Positions 25,183-34,904 are shown, counted from the stretch's first letter. The stretch: DNA of 64,000 nucleotides from Dehalococcoidia bacterium (GCA_965207865.1 CBDBNP010000006.1:843147-907146); one strand, 5' to 3'. Numbers and translations are program-made. Notes: a model not told the origin generated them from the sequence alone.

Positions 25183-26691
25183 TCAGTCCCCGGGCTGCGG
25201 TTGCGGGGCCGGCTCCTCCTGCCGAGGGGCGGACCTGGTGTTGCCCTGCAGGAACGAAACCGTCATCGAGGCAATGACCAACGCCACCAGGACGTAGAAA
25301 GCGTAGCGCATGCCAACGGTAAAGGCGTTGCGAACTCCCTCCACCGAGCTGGTACGAACGGCCTCAAGGCTCGGCTCGAATCCCAAGGAGCCCATAGTAA
25401 CGGTGACAATTGTCGTAGCGATGGCCAGGCTGATCACGTTGGCAGAGTTACGCACCAGGTTCAGGAATCCCGACACCACGCCGTAGCTGTCGCGCCCCAC
25501 CGCGCTCAACACCGAGCTGGAGTTGGCCGAATAGAAGGTGCCCATACCGCCATTGACCAGTATCAGTCCGGGGATCACCTCCCACAGTGGTGAGGTGTCG
25601 GTTACGCGGCTCAGCATGATCAGGCCGGCAGTGGACGAGACCATGCCGCCCACGGTGAACCAGCGCCAGCCGAACCTGTCCGACAGCGTGCCGCTGACCG
25701 AGCCCATGATCGCCATGAGCAGCGCGCCGGGCATGACCACCAGTCCTGCCACCTTGGGGCTGTATCCCAGCACGTTCTGGACGTAGAAGGGCATCAGGAA
25801 CAGCACCGACGATTGCCCCAGGAAGGTCAGGAAAGCGGCCGATATCCCGCAGGAGAAGACCCTGCCCCGAAAGAACCGCAGGTTGAACATCGGGGAATCA
25901 GTCCGCAGCTCCCACCAGATGAATGCCACGAACATGCCGGCGGAGAGCACGAAGGCCGCGAGGATGGGGGCAGCCATCCAGCCCCAGTTCACCGCCAGGG
26001 TGAGGCCCAGCAGCAGCGCCACCAGCACCCCAGTGGACAAGAACGCACCCGTCCAGTCGAACCTGATGCCACGAGAGGCACGCTCCGATTCCCAGCCGCG
26101 GAGCACCCACAATGTGGCCAAAACTCCCACAAAGCCGAGCGGGATGTTGATGAAGAACACCGCCCGCCAGTGGATGAGGTCCACCACCGTTCCGCCGATG
26201 GCCGGCCCGGCCACTGCCCCAACGCCCACGGTGGTCATCAGCAGGCCTATCGCCCGGCCGCGCTCGTGGGGCGGGAACACCGAGGTCATGATGGCCATGC
26301 CCGTACCCTGGGTCATGGCCGAACCCACACCTTGCAGCAGCCGCGCGCCCAGCAGCGATCCCAGCTCCGGCGCCAGCCCCGCGCCCGCCGCACCCACCAT
26401 CAGGACGATGCTCCCAAGGATGTACACCCGCTTCTGGCCCATCATATCGGCCAGGCGCCCCATGGGCAGCAGCAGTGCGCTGATGGTCAGGGCATAGCCG
26501 ATGACCACCCACTGCACGCTGGGGAGCTCTATCACCATGTCCTCAGCGATGGAAGGCAGAGCCACTATGACGCTGCCATGGTCGACGACTGAGGCGAACA
26601 GGCCGATGGCCAGCGCGCCGAAGACCACGTACTTGTTCCTGTCGCCCTGGTTCACAGACAACTGGGTATCAAGTAACCCTCTCCCCGGCAC
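25183..26691 (-). CDS. MFS transporter, 14-TM DHA2 (EmrB/QacA-like) type
   Basis: 502 aa, about 14 hydrophobic segments. MFS motif A-like LPMGRLADMMGQKRVY and motif C-like region. Confidence 0.85.
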   Translation of the reverse strand: MPGRGLLDTQLSVNQGDRNKYVVFGALAIGLFASVVDHGSVIVALPSIAEDMVIELPSVQWVVIGYALTISALLLPMGRLADMMGQKRVYILGSIVLMVGAAGAGLAPELGSLLGARLLQGVGSAMTQGTGMAIMTSVFPPHERGRAIGLLMTTVGVGAVAGPAIGGTVVDLIHWRAVFFINIPLGFVGVLATLWVLRGWESERASRGIRFDWTGAFLSTGVLVALLLGLTLAVNWGWMAAPILAAFVLSAGMFVAFIWWELRTDSPMFNLRFFRGRVFSCGISAAFLTFLGQSSVLFLMPFYVQNVLGYSPKVAGLVVMPGALLMAIMGSVSGTLSDRFGWRWFTVGGMVSSTAGLIMLSRVTDTSPLWEVIPGLILVNGGMGTFYSANSSSVLSAVGRDSYGVVSGFLNLVRNSANVISLAIATTIVTVTMGSLGFEPSLEAVRTSSVEGVRNAFTVGMRYAFYVLVALVIASMTVSFLQGNTRSAPRQEEPAPQPQPGD

Positions 26692-26830
26692 GGTGGGAAA
26701 CCTCGGAGCCAGGCTCCATAATCACGAAAACACACCAAGGCATTATACTCTTGTCCGGCCAAGGAATTACGCAGAGAGCAATATCCCCGATCGGGATATC
26801 TTGCTGGCAGTCAGCAGGCATTTAGGAGGA

Positions 26831-27397
26831 ATGGAAATGGCCAGAATTCCCACAGCCGACCGGAACAGTGTTCCGCAGGACCAGCTGGAGGCGTTTGACG
26901 AATACGTCGCAGGGCGCGGCAGCGTTCCGGATACCGGGCCACTTTCGGTGATGATTCACGTACCGGAGCTGATCAAGCGCGGCGAGCACCTGCGGGCCTA
27001 CTTGCGGGGAGACGAGTCAAGCCTGCCTCTCAACATACGGGAACTGGCCATGCTGGTAACTGCACGGGAGATGGACTGCCAGTTCATCTGGAACGCCCAC
27101 TGTGCATTCGGTCGCCAGTCGGGCCTGAGCGACGAGCTGGTGGACAGCCTCCGGGACAAGAAAGAACTGCCGGCACTGTCGGAGGAGGAGTCAACCGTCC
27201 TTGATTATGGCCGCGAGCTCTTCCGGACCCGCCGCGTCAGCCAGGAGACGTTCCAGCGGGCGATGGACCAGTTCGGCAACCGGGGCCTGGTGGAACTGAC
27301 CACGCTCATGGGCTACTACTCCTGCCTCGCCTTCAACATCAACGCCTTCGAGGTCGGCCTGCCCGAGAACATCACCGAGTCGCCCCTGCCGGTGTAG
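26831..27397 (+). CDS. carboxymuconolactone decarboxylase (AhpD-like) family protein
   Basis: The track ORF starts at 26501 inside the MFS gene. AGGAGGA precedes ATG 26831/26837. RELAMLVTAREMDCQFIWNAHCAFGRQSGLSDELV is CMD-family-like. Confidence 0.8.
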   Translation: MEMARIPTADRNSVPQDQLEAFDEYVAGRGSVPDTGPLSVMIHVPELIKRGEHLRAYLRGDESSLPLNIRELAMLVTAREMDCQFIWNAHCAFGRQSGLSDELVDSLRDKKELPALSEEESTVLDYGRELFRTRRVSQETFQRAMDQFGNRGLVELTTLMGYYSCLAFNINAFEVGLPENITESPLPV

Positions 27398-27436
27398 GGA
27401 GAGCGGGGCACTGACCCCTGAGTGCGACATTTGTCG

Positions 27437-27865
27437 TTAGGGCGGGGCTGCTTCGATGACATAGAACGTAACCCGCTTCTCGTTTTGGCCAGCCGTCGAC
27501 GCGGCCACTCGGTAGGTGCCATAGCGGGGCAGCTGCCACCGGTTGTTGATGACCGCGGTGGCCCGGAAGGACTGGCCCTGCGTGGCGTCCACGGGCCGTC
27601 CGACGTTTACGGCGACCTCGACTTCAGGAGGTACCATCAGGCCGTCTTCGTCCTCGATTCTGATGGTCAACCGGTGCTGCTCGTTGGTGAGATTTCACGG
27701 CACAAGTACCCCGATGACCATTGTGAGGGAGACCGGGGAGTCGATACTCCTGATTTGTCTCCGGTCCCAGGCGCCTCCCATCATGTACAGCTTGCCGTTT
27801 AGCACCTCGGCACGATCGGCGAGCAGCAGGAAGTCGATTTCCACCCGTTCAAGGCCGGCCAGCAT
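27437..27865 (-). pseudogene. small conserved-looking gene (~142 codons) interrupted by one in-frame TGA
   Basis: ATG 27865 (GGAGG 10 nt upstream) reads MLAGLERVEIDFLLLADRAEVLNGKLYMMGGAWDRRQIRSIDSPVSLTMVIGVLVP-TGA(27697..27695)-NLTNEQHRLTIRIEDEDGLMVPPEVEVAVNVG...YVIEAAPP. The same frame continues across the stop. Confidence 0.6.
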
Positions 27866-27879
27866 TTGAGCACAGCCTC

Positions 27880-28746
27880 CTACAGCACGGCCGCTGCGAT
27901 TTCCTCAATCTCAGCGACGGCCGCATCGCCCTCAGTGTTGTTCAGCCAGACGGTGATGCGGTCGGCGCCGGCGTCCGTCAGCTCCTCGATTTCCTCGCGG
28001 GTGCGGAACTGGTTGCCAAAGCCGAAGGCCAGGATTTCGATGGACTTGGGATCACGCCCCGCCGATTCGGCCAGTTCATCCAGCGTGGCCCGGCCGGCGC
28101 GAATCTCCGCCGCCGAGGTGCGGTTGGGCATCCAGCCGTCGCCGTAGGCCACGACCCGGCGGAACACGTTGCGGGCCTTGCCGCCCAGATACACCGGCGG
28201 ATGGGGATTCTGCACCGGCTTGGGGACCGACTTGACCGGCGGAAAGTCGTAATACTGACCGTGGTACTCCGCCTCGTCCTGGGTCCACAGCTGCTTCATC
28301 GCCTCGATTGACTCGCGGGTCTGGGTCCAGCGGTGGTCAAAGTCCGTGCCCATGATCTCCGCCTCCTCCCGCAGCCAGCCAGCGCCGATGCCGAAGATGA
28401 AACGGCCATCGGAGTACCGGTCGAGGGTGGCGATTTCCTTGGCCAGCAGCAACGGGTTCCGCTCCGGCACCAGGCAGATACCCGTTCCCAGTTTGATCCG
28501 GCTGGTGACGGCGGAGGCGCGGGCCAGCGCTATGAACGGGTCGACGATGCGACCGTATTCCTCGGGAATCGCCCCATCCGACGCTCCCGCGTAGGGAGAG
28601 GTCGTGCGCACCGGCAGGATGGCGTGCTCCGGCACCCAGAAAGACTCGAAGCCCAGGTCCTCGGCCCGCTTCGCCAGCAGTGCCGGATCGGCGGAACTGT
28701 CCACCTCGAAAGAGAATATACCGACCCTGCTCGTGTTATCGCTCAT
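27880..28746 (-). CDS. LLM-class (luciferase-like) F420/flavin-dependent oxidoreductase
   Basis: Likely start MSDNTSRVGIFS at 28746. FESFWVPEH......P..AL...A..T.RI.LGTGI.LVP.RNPLLLAKE.ATLD..S.GRF.FGIGAGW is the LLM pattern. Confidence 0.85.
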   Translation of the reverse strand: MSDNTSRVGIFSFEVDSSADPALLAKRAEDLGFESFWVPEHAILPVRTTSPYAGASDGAIPEEYGRIVDPFIALARASAVTSRIKLGTGICLVPERNPLLLAKEIATLDRYSDGRFIFGIGAGWLREEAEIMGTDFDHRWTQTRESIEAMKQLWTQDEAEYHGQYYDFPPVKSVPKPVQNPHPPVYLGGKARNVFRRVVAYGDGWMPNRTSAAEIRAGRATLDELAESAGRDPKSIEILAFGFGNQFRTREEIEELTDAGADRITVWLNNTEGDAAVAEIEEIAAAVL

Positions 28747-29066
28747 AATCACTCCGGCCGGGGTAAAATCGTTTATCATGGATACATGCAAGTCGCGGCG
28801 AGTGTAGCAACGCACTTTCGCCACGGTCAAACGCCCACCGTCGCGGGGGAACTACGCGTTCCCACAGCCTCCGCAATGGCAACAAGTCGTCGTTCGGCGA
28901 TCGCAAGGACAATGGTATTTTGGCAGCAAAGCAAGTAAAATCGCGACTATCATCCAAGGGCAGCCAATTCCCGAATGAAGGGCGTGACGGTGTCCAGGAC
29001 GTCGTCAAACCCTCCACTGGCGCATCCGCCGGGCGCATTGACGCCTGGTCAAGACTGGGCACGAAT

Positions 29067-31301
29067 TTGGCGATAGGGGGTAGTGACTTTGGGGTAACGG
29101 CCATCGAAGGAGTGGACAGACTACTGGAGAGAGTCACGGACTACCTTCCGGAAGAGGCGTCCGATCTCATCAGGGATGCCTACGAATTTGCCGAGCTCTC
29201 TCACGAGGGACAGTTGCGCAAGTCGGGCGAGCCCTACATCGCCCACCCCCTGGAAATTGCCCTCTTTCTCAGTGAACTCCGCCTGGACGAGCAGACCATC
29301 GCCGCCTCTTTGCTCCACGACGTGGTTGAGGACTGCGACGTCTCTCTTGATGAGCTGTCCGCTAAGTTCGGTCCCGAAATCGCCCGGCTGGTCGACGGCG
29401 TTACCAAGCTCACGCAGCTGGACAGCCGGATCCACGACCCCATCAGCGCCCTGCCCATCGGCGGGGATGACCCCGACAGCCTTTACGCCGAAAGCCTCCG
29501 CAAGATGCTGGTGGCCATGGCCGAGGACATCCGTGTCGTCCTCATCAAGCTGGGCGACCGCCTCCACAACATGCGGACCCTGGGAGCCCTCCCACCGGAC
29601 AAGCAGCGGCGCATCGCGCAGGAAACCCTGGACATCTATGCGCCCCTCGCGCACCGGCTGGGGATCTGGGAAATCAAGTGGCAGCTGGAGGATCTGGCTT
29701 TTCGCTACCTCAACGAGGAGAGGTACCGCGAAATCTCCCGCATGCTTGCCGCCCGCCGCGCCGTCCGCGAGGCCTATGTGGCCCAGGTCTCAGACCTGCT
29801 GCGCGACAGCCTGGAATCCGAAGGGATAACGGCAGACGTCTCGGGGCGCCCGAAGAACATCTACAGCACGTATCGCAAGATCCAGAAGTACGAGGCCCAG
29901 GGCAAACAGCTAAGCGAGATCTACGACCTGTTCGCCCTTCGCGTGCTGGTGGAAAAGGACGCGGACTGCTACCGGGTCCTCGGCGTGGTGCACCAGCTGT
30001 GGCATCCCCTGCCCGGCCAGATCGACGACTACATCGCCAATCCCAAGGAGAACATGTACCAGGCGCTGCACTCCACGGTGGTCTGCGAGGGCGGCACCCA
30101 CCTCGAAGTGCAGATCAAGACCTTCGAGCACCACGAGACCGCCGAGTATGGCGTCGCCGCTCACTGGCGCTACAAGGAGGGCAACTCCAGGGACCTCCAG
30201 TTCGAGGAGAAGATGAGCGGGCTGCGGCAGCTGTTGGAGTGGCAGCGCGACGTCACCAGCACCGCTGAGTTCATCGAGTCCGTCAAGGAGGACATCTTCC
30301 ACGACCAGGTGTTCGTCTACACCCCGAAGGGACGTATCGTCGAACTCACGGCAGGGTCCACTCCCATCGATTTTGCCTACAAGATCCATACTGAGCTGGG
30401 CAACAGGTGCGTCGGCGCAAAGGTCAACGGCAAGCTGGTCTCTTTGGACACGGCTCTGGAAAACGGCGACACCGTAGAAATAATGCGCACCAATTCGGAC
30501 CGCGGGCCCAGCCTGGACTGGCTGAATTCCAATCGCGGCTATGTTCGCTCCGCCCACGCCCGCCAGAGCATCCGACACTGGTTCCGCAGGCAGGAACGCG
30601 GCACCAACATCCAGCGCGGACGGGAAATGCTGCGCCGCGAAATGCGTCGTCTCAACCTGAAATTTGAGGATAGCGAGGTCCTGGGGCTGTTCAAGTTCGA
30701 CAGCATGGACGACCTGCTGACAAACCTGGGTTCCGGCGGCGTTACAGAGGGACAGTTGGCGCAAAAACTGGCTGAAGCCCGACAGGAGCCGGAACATCCT
30801 CTGGCCCGCAAGCGCACCGACCTGCCGCTTTCGAGCCCGACTTCAGGCATCAAGGTGCTGGGAGTGGGCGACCTCCTCACCCGCATGGGGCGCTGCTGCG
30901 GTCCCATCCCCGGCGACGAGATCGTCGGCTTCGTCACCCGGTCCAGGGGAGTGACCGTCCACAAGCGGACCTGTCCCAGCGTCCTGCACGAGGACGAGCC
31001 CGAGCGTTTCGTCTCGGTGGAATGGGGTCAGGCCAAGGAGCTGTTCCCGGTGCGCGTCACTATGCTTGCCTACGACCGGGTGGGTCTGCTGCGGGACCTG
31101 ACGCAGAACGTCTCGGAAGAAGGCGTCAACATTTCAAACGTCGTTACCGCACAGCAGCCCAACGGCACGGTGAACCTCACATTCAACATGCACACCACGG
31201 GGCTGCAGCAGCTGAGCAAGCTGTTCTCCAAGCTGGAGGGCGTGCGGGGCTGCATATCGGTACACCGCGAACGCTCGGGGGTTCCCGCGGGCACCCACTG
31301 A
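29067..31301 (+). CDS. rel: bifunctional (p)ppGpp synthetase/hydrolase, RelA/SpoT homolog
   Basis: HD hydrolase motifs (GEPYIAHPLEIA, LHDVVEDC), synthetase region (RPKNIYSTYRKI...DLFALRVLV...ANPKENMYQALHS), TGS and ACT regions. The ORF opens at 28920. The true start is probably TTG 29067 or GTG 29112. Confidence 0.9.
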   Translation: MAIGGSDFGVTAIEGVDRLLERVTDYLPEEASDLIRDAYEFAELSHEGQLRKSGEPYIAHPLEIALFLSELRLDEQTIAASLLHDVVEDCDVSLDELSAKFGPEIARLVDGVTKLTQLDSRIHDPISALPIGGDDPDSLYAESLRKMLVAMAEDIRVVLIKLGDRLHNMRTLGALPPDKQRRIAQETLDIYAPLAHRLGIWEIKWQLEDLAFRYLNEERYREISRMLAARRAVREAYVAQVSDLLRDSLESEGITADVSGRPKNIYSTYRKIQKYEAQGKQLSEIYDLFALRVLVEKDADCYRVLGVVHQLWHPLPGQIDDYIANPKENMYQALHSTVVCEGGTHLEVQIKTFEHHETAEYGVAAHWRYKEGNSRDLQFEEKMSGLRQLLEWQRDVTSTAEFIESVKEDIFHDQVFVYTPKGRIVELTAGSTPIDFAYKIHTELGNRCVGAKVNGKLVSLDTALENGDTVEIMRTNSDRGPSLDWLNSNRGYVRSAHARQSIRHWFRRQERGTNIQRGREMLRREMRRLNLKFEDSEVLGLFKFDSMDDLLTNLGSGGVTEGQLAQKLAEARQEPEHPLARKRTDLPLSSPTSGIKVLGVGDLLTRMGRCCGPIPGDEIVGFVTRSRGVTVHKRTCPSVLHEDEPERFVSVEWGQAKELFPVRVTMLAYDRVGLLRDLTQNVSEEGVNISNVVTAQQPNGTVNLTFNMHTTGLQQLSKLFSKLEGVRGCISVHRERSGVPAGTH

Positions 31302-31337
31302 AACCTCGGCCTTATCAAAACACACCAGGAACGAGAG

Positions 31338-31370
31338 GAGCGCAGAGAAGCCAGAAACTCTGCGCTCTTT
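31338..31370 (+). terminator. intrinsic terminator-like hairpin after rel
   Basis: GAGCGCAGAG-aagccagaaa-CTCTGCGCTC followed by TTTGCC. Confidence 0.55.
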
Positions 31371-31411
31371 GCCAACCCTGAAACCGAACTCAGTTTAGAA
31401 AGGAGACCATC

Positions 31412-31792
31412 ATGCCAGACCGACAGCCGATCATTCCCGCCGGAGTGGCGCCGAATCCCAACCTCTCTCCCGGCATACGCGTGGGCGACATGCTGTACGT
31501 GTCGGGGCACGTGGGCACCGACGCCAGCGGCAACATTGCCGAGGGCTGCGAGGCCCAGTCCCGCCAGGTGATGGCCAACATCCGCGGCGTAATCGAGGCC
31601 GCTGGCGGAAAGATGGAGGACGTCTGCAAGATTACGTGCTTCCTGACCAACATGGACGACTACGCGGACTACGCTAAGGTGCGCCTCGAGACCTGGCCCA
31701 GCAATCCCCCCGCCAGTTCCACCGTCGGTGTCTCCGCCCTGGTGCGCCCTGAACTGGTGGTCGAGGTCGAGGCCATCGTCAAGCTCGGCTAA
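31412..31792 (+). CDS. RidA/YjgF/UK114 family protein
   Basis: 126 aa. ...SPGIRVGDMLYVSGHVG.D..G........AQ..QV..NI..V.EAAG....DV.K...FL......A......A..T...V..L......VEVEA. AAAGGAGA SD. Confidence 0.85.
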   Translation: MPDRQPIIPAGVAPNPNLSPGIRVGDMLYVSGHVGTDASGNIAEGCEAQSRQVMANIRGVIEAAGGKMEDVCKITCFLTNMDDYADYAKVRLETWPSNPPASSTVGVSALVRPELVVEVEAIVKLG

Positions 31793-31801
31793 GCGGGAGT
31801 C

Positions 31802-31868
31802 TTAACCACAGAGAACACGGAGTTCACGGAGGAAAATGATAATAAATCTCTGTGCCCTCTGTGGTGAA
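31802..31868. repeat. family-A repeat, degenerate compact copy
   Basis: TTAACCACAGAGAACACGGAGTTCACGGAGG...CTCTGTGCCCTCTGTGGTGAA between the two RidA genes. Confidence 0.7.
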
Positions 31869-31887
31869 TTGAATCGGGAGGGTAGCC

Positions 31888-32352
31888 ATGTCCGTTGAAG
31901 ACAAGCTGCGGGAAATGGGTCTGACGCTGAGCGAAACCAACGCGCCGGTGGCCAACTTTGTGCCGTCCGTGCGCACGGGCAACCTGCTGTACGTTGCCGG
32001 CCACATCGGGTTCATGCCCGACGGTTCGATCCTGCACCCCGGCAAAGTGGGCCGCGACGTTACGGAGGAGCAGGGCTACGAGTCGGCCCGGCAAGCCATG
32101 CTGAACTGCCTGGCCGCCATCAAGGAGTCAGCAGGCAGCCTAGACAATGTGAAGCGTGTGGTGAAACTGCTGGTCATGGTCAACGCCGACCCGGACTACG
32201 AGCGGCACTTTGCCGTGGGCAATGGCGCCTCCGACCTGCTGGTCGCCCTCTACGGAGACGAGGGCCGCCACGCCCGCTCCGCCGTGGGCATGGCCGGTCT
32301 CCCCCTGCGCGCCCCCGTGGAGGTAGAGATGATCGTGGAGCTCGCAGGGTAG
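31888..32352 (+). CDS. RidA/YjgF-superfamily protein (longer subgroup)
   Basis: 154 aa. ...NFVPSVRTGNLLYVAGHIG....G........V....G...AR.A.LN.LA.....GSLD.V.RVVKL...V.............S.L.......H.RSAVGMA.LP....VEVEMIVE. Confidence 0.8.
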   Translation: MSVEDKLREMGLTLSETNAPVANFVPSVRTGNLLYVAGHIGFMPDGSILHPGKVGRDVTEEQGYESARQAMLNCLAAIKESAGSLDNVKRVVKLLVMVNADPDYERHFAVGNGASDLLVALYGDEGRHARSAVGMAGLPLRAPVEVEMIVELAG

Positions 32353-32424
32353 GGGTGCAATTGGAAGCAAATTGCATGACTTTCTTTTGGCACTGACATC
32401 CTGTCTCTGTATCTGAAATTGACG

Positions 32425-32640
32425 CTATTTTGCCCTGCGCCCTATCAACGTACCAAAGAAGGCCCCTATCCCACCCTTCATTAGCCAGTCAGCTGCTTGA
32501 GCCAAGGCATCCCGGCGTTCTGGGTCGTTTACGCCCAACCAGATGATGACCGCAAATCCAGCCAGGCCTACAACGAGGGCCAATAGAGGGGGCAGATTCT
32601 CTCTGAATCCGCCCCCGTCATTACCTGAACCACAATTCAT
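32425..32640 (-). CDS. small membrane protein, unknown function
   Basis: 71 aa with one clear TM helix (LPPLLALVVGLAGFAVIIWLGV). Lies in a lower-GC 0.5-kb patch, 3 nt downstream of the next small ORF. Confidence 0.45.
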   Translation of the reverse strand: MNCGSGNDGGGFRENLPPLLALVVGLAGFAVIIWLGVNDPERRDALAQAADWLMKGGIGAFFGTLIGRRAK

Positions 32641-32643
32641 TGC

Positions 32644-32832
32644 TCATCGGCCAGCTTGTCTGTTCTCCTTGGCTTGTCTGCCAAAGGCCGGCCTCCGTGC
32701 AACGAATTTACCCGTCCTAGTGTCAACATAGGATGCAGACAACGGGTGAAAGACGATCTCCTTTATTGTGGTGAACAGCCATCGCCCTTCGACGAAGACG
32801 CGATGCAACGCCCTGTATGCTATGTGTGTCAT
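32644..32832 (-). CDS. small basic protein, unknown function
   Basis: 62 aa. ATG 32832 preceded by GAGGGAGAG. Stop lies 3 nt before the start of the 71-aa membrane ORF (possible two-gene unit). No recognisable motif. Confidence 0.3.
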   Translation of the reverse strand: MTHIAYRALHRVFVEGRWLFTTIKEIVFHPLSASYVDTRTGKFVARRPAFGRQAKENRQAGR

Positions 32833-32875
32833 GGCCGCTCTCCCTCAGAAACCCGCACATCTAATAATAACACCC

Positions 32876-33238
32876 TTAATCATCCACCAGCGTGCGCGAC
32901 ACATCGACGGTGGCGTAGGACCAGGCGACGCGGAACGGTGCGTCGCCGGTGTTGATCAGGCGGTGGTGCGTGCCGGGCGTGATGAACGCCGCGTCGCCGG
33001 CACTTACGTGGTGCTCAACTCCGTTGATCATGAGGGTTCCCGCACCCTCGATGACGATCACCGATTCCTCGGCGTTGTGGTAGTGCGTGGTGTTGGAGCG
33101 GCCTGACTCAAAGCTGGTGATGCCGCTGGATATCTCGGTGGCGCCGAACTCCTTGTTGATGTGGCTGGCAACGGTCACTCCCTCGGCTCGTTGCAGTGTG
33201 TCTACCTCGCTGGCACGGATTACTCGCGGCTCCGGCAT
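32876..33238 (-). CDS. cupin domain protein
   Basis: 120 aa. G.....HYH...EES..V.EG.G.....G.......GD..FI..G..H...N.G is the two-motif cupin signature. Confidence 0.8.
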   Translation of the reverse strand: MPEPRVIRASEVDTLQRAEGVTVASHINKEFGATEISSGITSFESGRSNTTHYHNAEESVIVIEGAGTLMINGVEHHVSAGDAAFITPGTHHRLINTGDAPFRVAWSYATVDVSRTLVDD

Positions 33239-33263
33239 GGCTCCCCTCCTTAGTTCCTATTTT

Positions 33264-33339
33264 TTCAACACAGAGCGCACAGAGGCCACAGAGTAATCTA
33301 TTATTTTTTCTCTGTGTTCTCTGCGCCCTCTGTGTTGAA
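33264..33339. repeat. family-A repeat, compact palindromic copy
   Basis: TTCAACACAGAGCGCACAGAGGCCACAGAG-taatctattattttttc-TCTGTGTTCTCTGCGCCCTCTGTGTTGAA between the cupin and HpaB-like genes. Confidence 0.85.
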
Positions 33340-33349
33340 TTACTCCTCG

Positions 33350-34804
33350 CTACTCCTGTTCCAGGAACTGGCGCACCCAGTCGGCATCGGGTTGGCGGTC
33401 TTTCATGTTGTAGAGAATGACGGCGTTGCGCACCGAATCGGCCTGGAAGAATCGCTCGTAGAGGATCTGACGCGCCCCGAACGCGCTGCATGACATGTCC
33501 CATGCCAGCCGGAACAGCCGCACGCGATCTCGGGCTGAGGTCGCGTCGGTCTCCAGGTAGCGGTTGATCTCCTCGGCCAGCGGACCCTCCAGGTCGGCCT
33601 CGGTGGGCAGGGCCATTAGGCTGCTGGAACCCAGCAGGTGAATGATCTCCCCCATGCGCGGATACATGCGTATGAACAAGTTGCGGGCGGCCTGCAGGGG
33701 CAGCTCCGCCGGGGCCATGATGCCCCACTGGTCCACCTCGGCGTCGGCCTCCGAGGCCCGCAGGCAGGCCTTGGTGACCTCCAGGTTCTCGACGATCTCG
33801 GCGATCATCTGCTGCACCTGCTGCTGCGTCGATGAGCCCAGCGTCTCGGTCATCAGCGTAGCCAGCCCAAGCACGAACTCGCACTTGGCCACGTTCTTGG
33901 TGACCACCTGGTGCCCGGAGTGAACGTGGCGGTTCGTCGCAATCTGCAGGTTGTTGCACAGCTCCACGTCGCCCAGCAGAAACACGTTCTCCCACGGCAC
34001 AAAGACGTGGTCGAAGAAGGCCACGGCGTCAATTTCCTCGAACCGCGAACCCAGCGGGTGATCGAAGTGGGAGCGTTCGAAGTCGAAGCTCTCACGGCAC
34101 TGGTAACGCAGACCCGGGGTGTTGTTGGCCACCGCGAAGGCAAAGGCGTAGGGTTCCGGCGCCTGCCCGGGCAACTGGTGCGACGTCGTGGGATACAGCG
34201 CGATCTCCTCGGACAGCGGCGCCAACGTGGCCAGCACCCTCGCACCGTGGACGATGATGCCTGCGTCGGTCTCCTTTTCCACCCTCAGCGCGATGTCGGT
34301 GCGGTCCTCGAGCGGAGTGGAGCCCGGCGTGCGGCTGCGCTGCAGGTTGAGCAGGGTATGGGTCAGCACCAGGTCATTCTCCCGCACGTGCTCGTAGTAG
34401 TTGTTGATGTTGTCTTTGAACTCCGGGCGGTTCCGGGCGAAGTAATCACCGGCAGCGGCCATGGCCATGATGTTTACGTTCATGAAGTCGGGGCTGCGGC
34501 CCATCATCCCGAAGGTGGCCCGAGCCCAGTGGCGCATCATGATCCGGCGGGCGTCCAGGTCCTCCTTGGTGCGCGGCATGATGAACGACGTTCCCACGCG
34601 TTCGCCCGTGGTAGGCGATACGTAAGTCATCTCGTCGCGAATGGCCGGGTCGTGCTGCATGTCGTACATACGCGCCAGCGACTCGACGCCCCCCCGCAGC
34701 GCGGGATGGGTGGTTACGTCCTTCACCCGCTCGCCATGCAGGTAGACCTCCGGACCATTCTCCCTCAGGTTGGCGATGTATTCCGCCCCGGTTCTGGCTG
34801 GCAT
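33350..34804 (-). CDS. 4-hydroxyphenylacetate 3-monooxygenase oxygenase-component (HpaB) family protein
   Basis: 484 aa. MPARTGAEYIANLRENGPEVYLHGERVKDVTTHPALR...GRSPDFMN......., length and N-terminal pattern typical of HpaB/4-HBCoA-dehydratase-fold flavin monooxygenases. Confidence 0.8.
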   Translation of the reverse strand: MPARTGAEYIANLRENGPEVYLHGERVKDVTTHPALRGGVESLARMYDMQHDPAIRDEMTYVSPTTGERVGTSFIMPRTKEDLDARRIMMRHWARATFGMMGRSPDFMNVNIMAMAAAGDYFARNRPEFKDNINNYYEHVRENDLVLTHTLLNLQRSRTPGSTPLEDRTDIALRVEKETDAGIIVHGARVLATLAPLSEEIALYPTTSHQLPGQAPEPYAFAFAVANNTPGLRYQCRESFDFERSHFDHPLGSRFEEIDAVAFFDHVFVPWENVFLLGDVELCNNLQIATNRHVHSGHQVVTKNVAKCEFVLGLATLMTETLGSSTQQQVQQMIAEIVENLEVTKACLRASEADAEVDQWGIMAPAELPLQAARNLFIRMYPRMGEIIHLLGSSSLMALPTEADLEGPLAEEINRYLETDATSARDRVRLFRLAWDMSCSAFGARQILYERFFQADSVRNAVILYNMKDRQPDADWVRQFLEQE

Positions 34805-34904
34805 GTCGCTGCTCCCTGTGATGGACTTGGTGCGCTTTTCCGAATGGTACCACGCTGTTTGAGGGTCGTCATTGTTGAACCGCGATTGTCCGGCGGAGGC
34901 AGTT

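Noticed and set aside
26501-26830. N-terminal 110 codons of track ORF 26501..27397
   Set aside because: Overlaps the 5' part of the MFS transporter gene on the opposite strand. AGGAGGA plus ATG at 26831/26837 starts a normal-size CMD-family protein.
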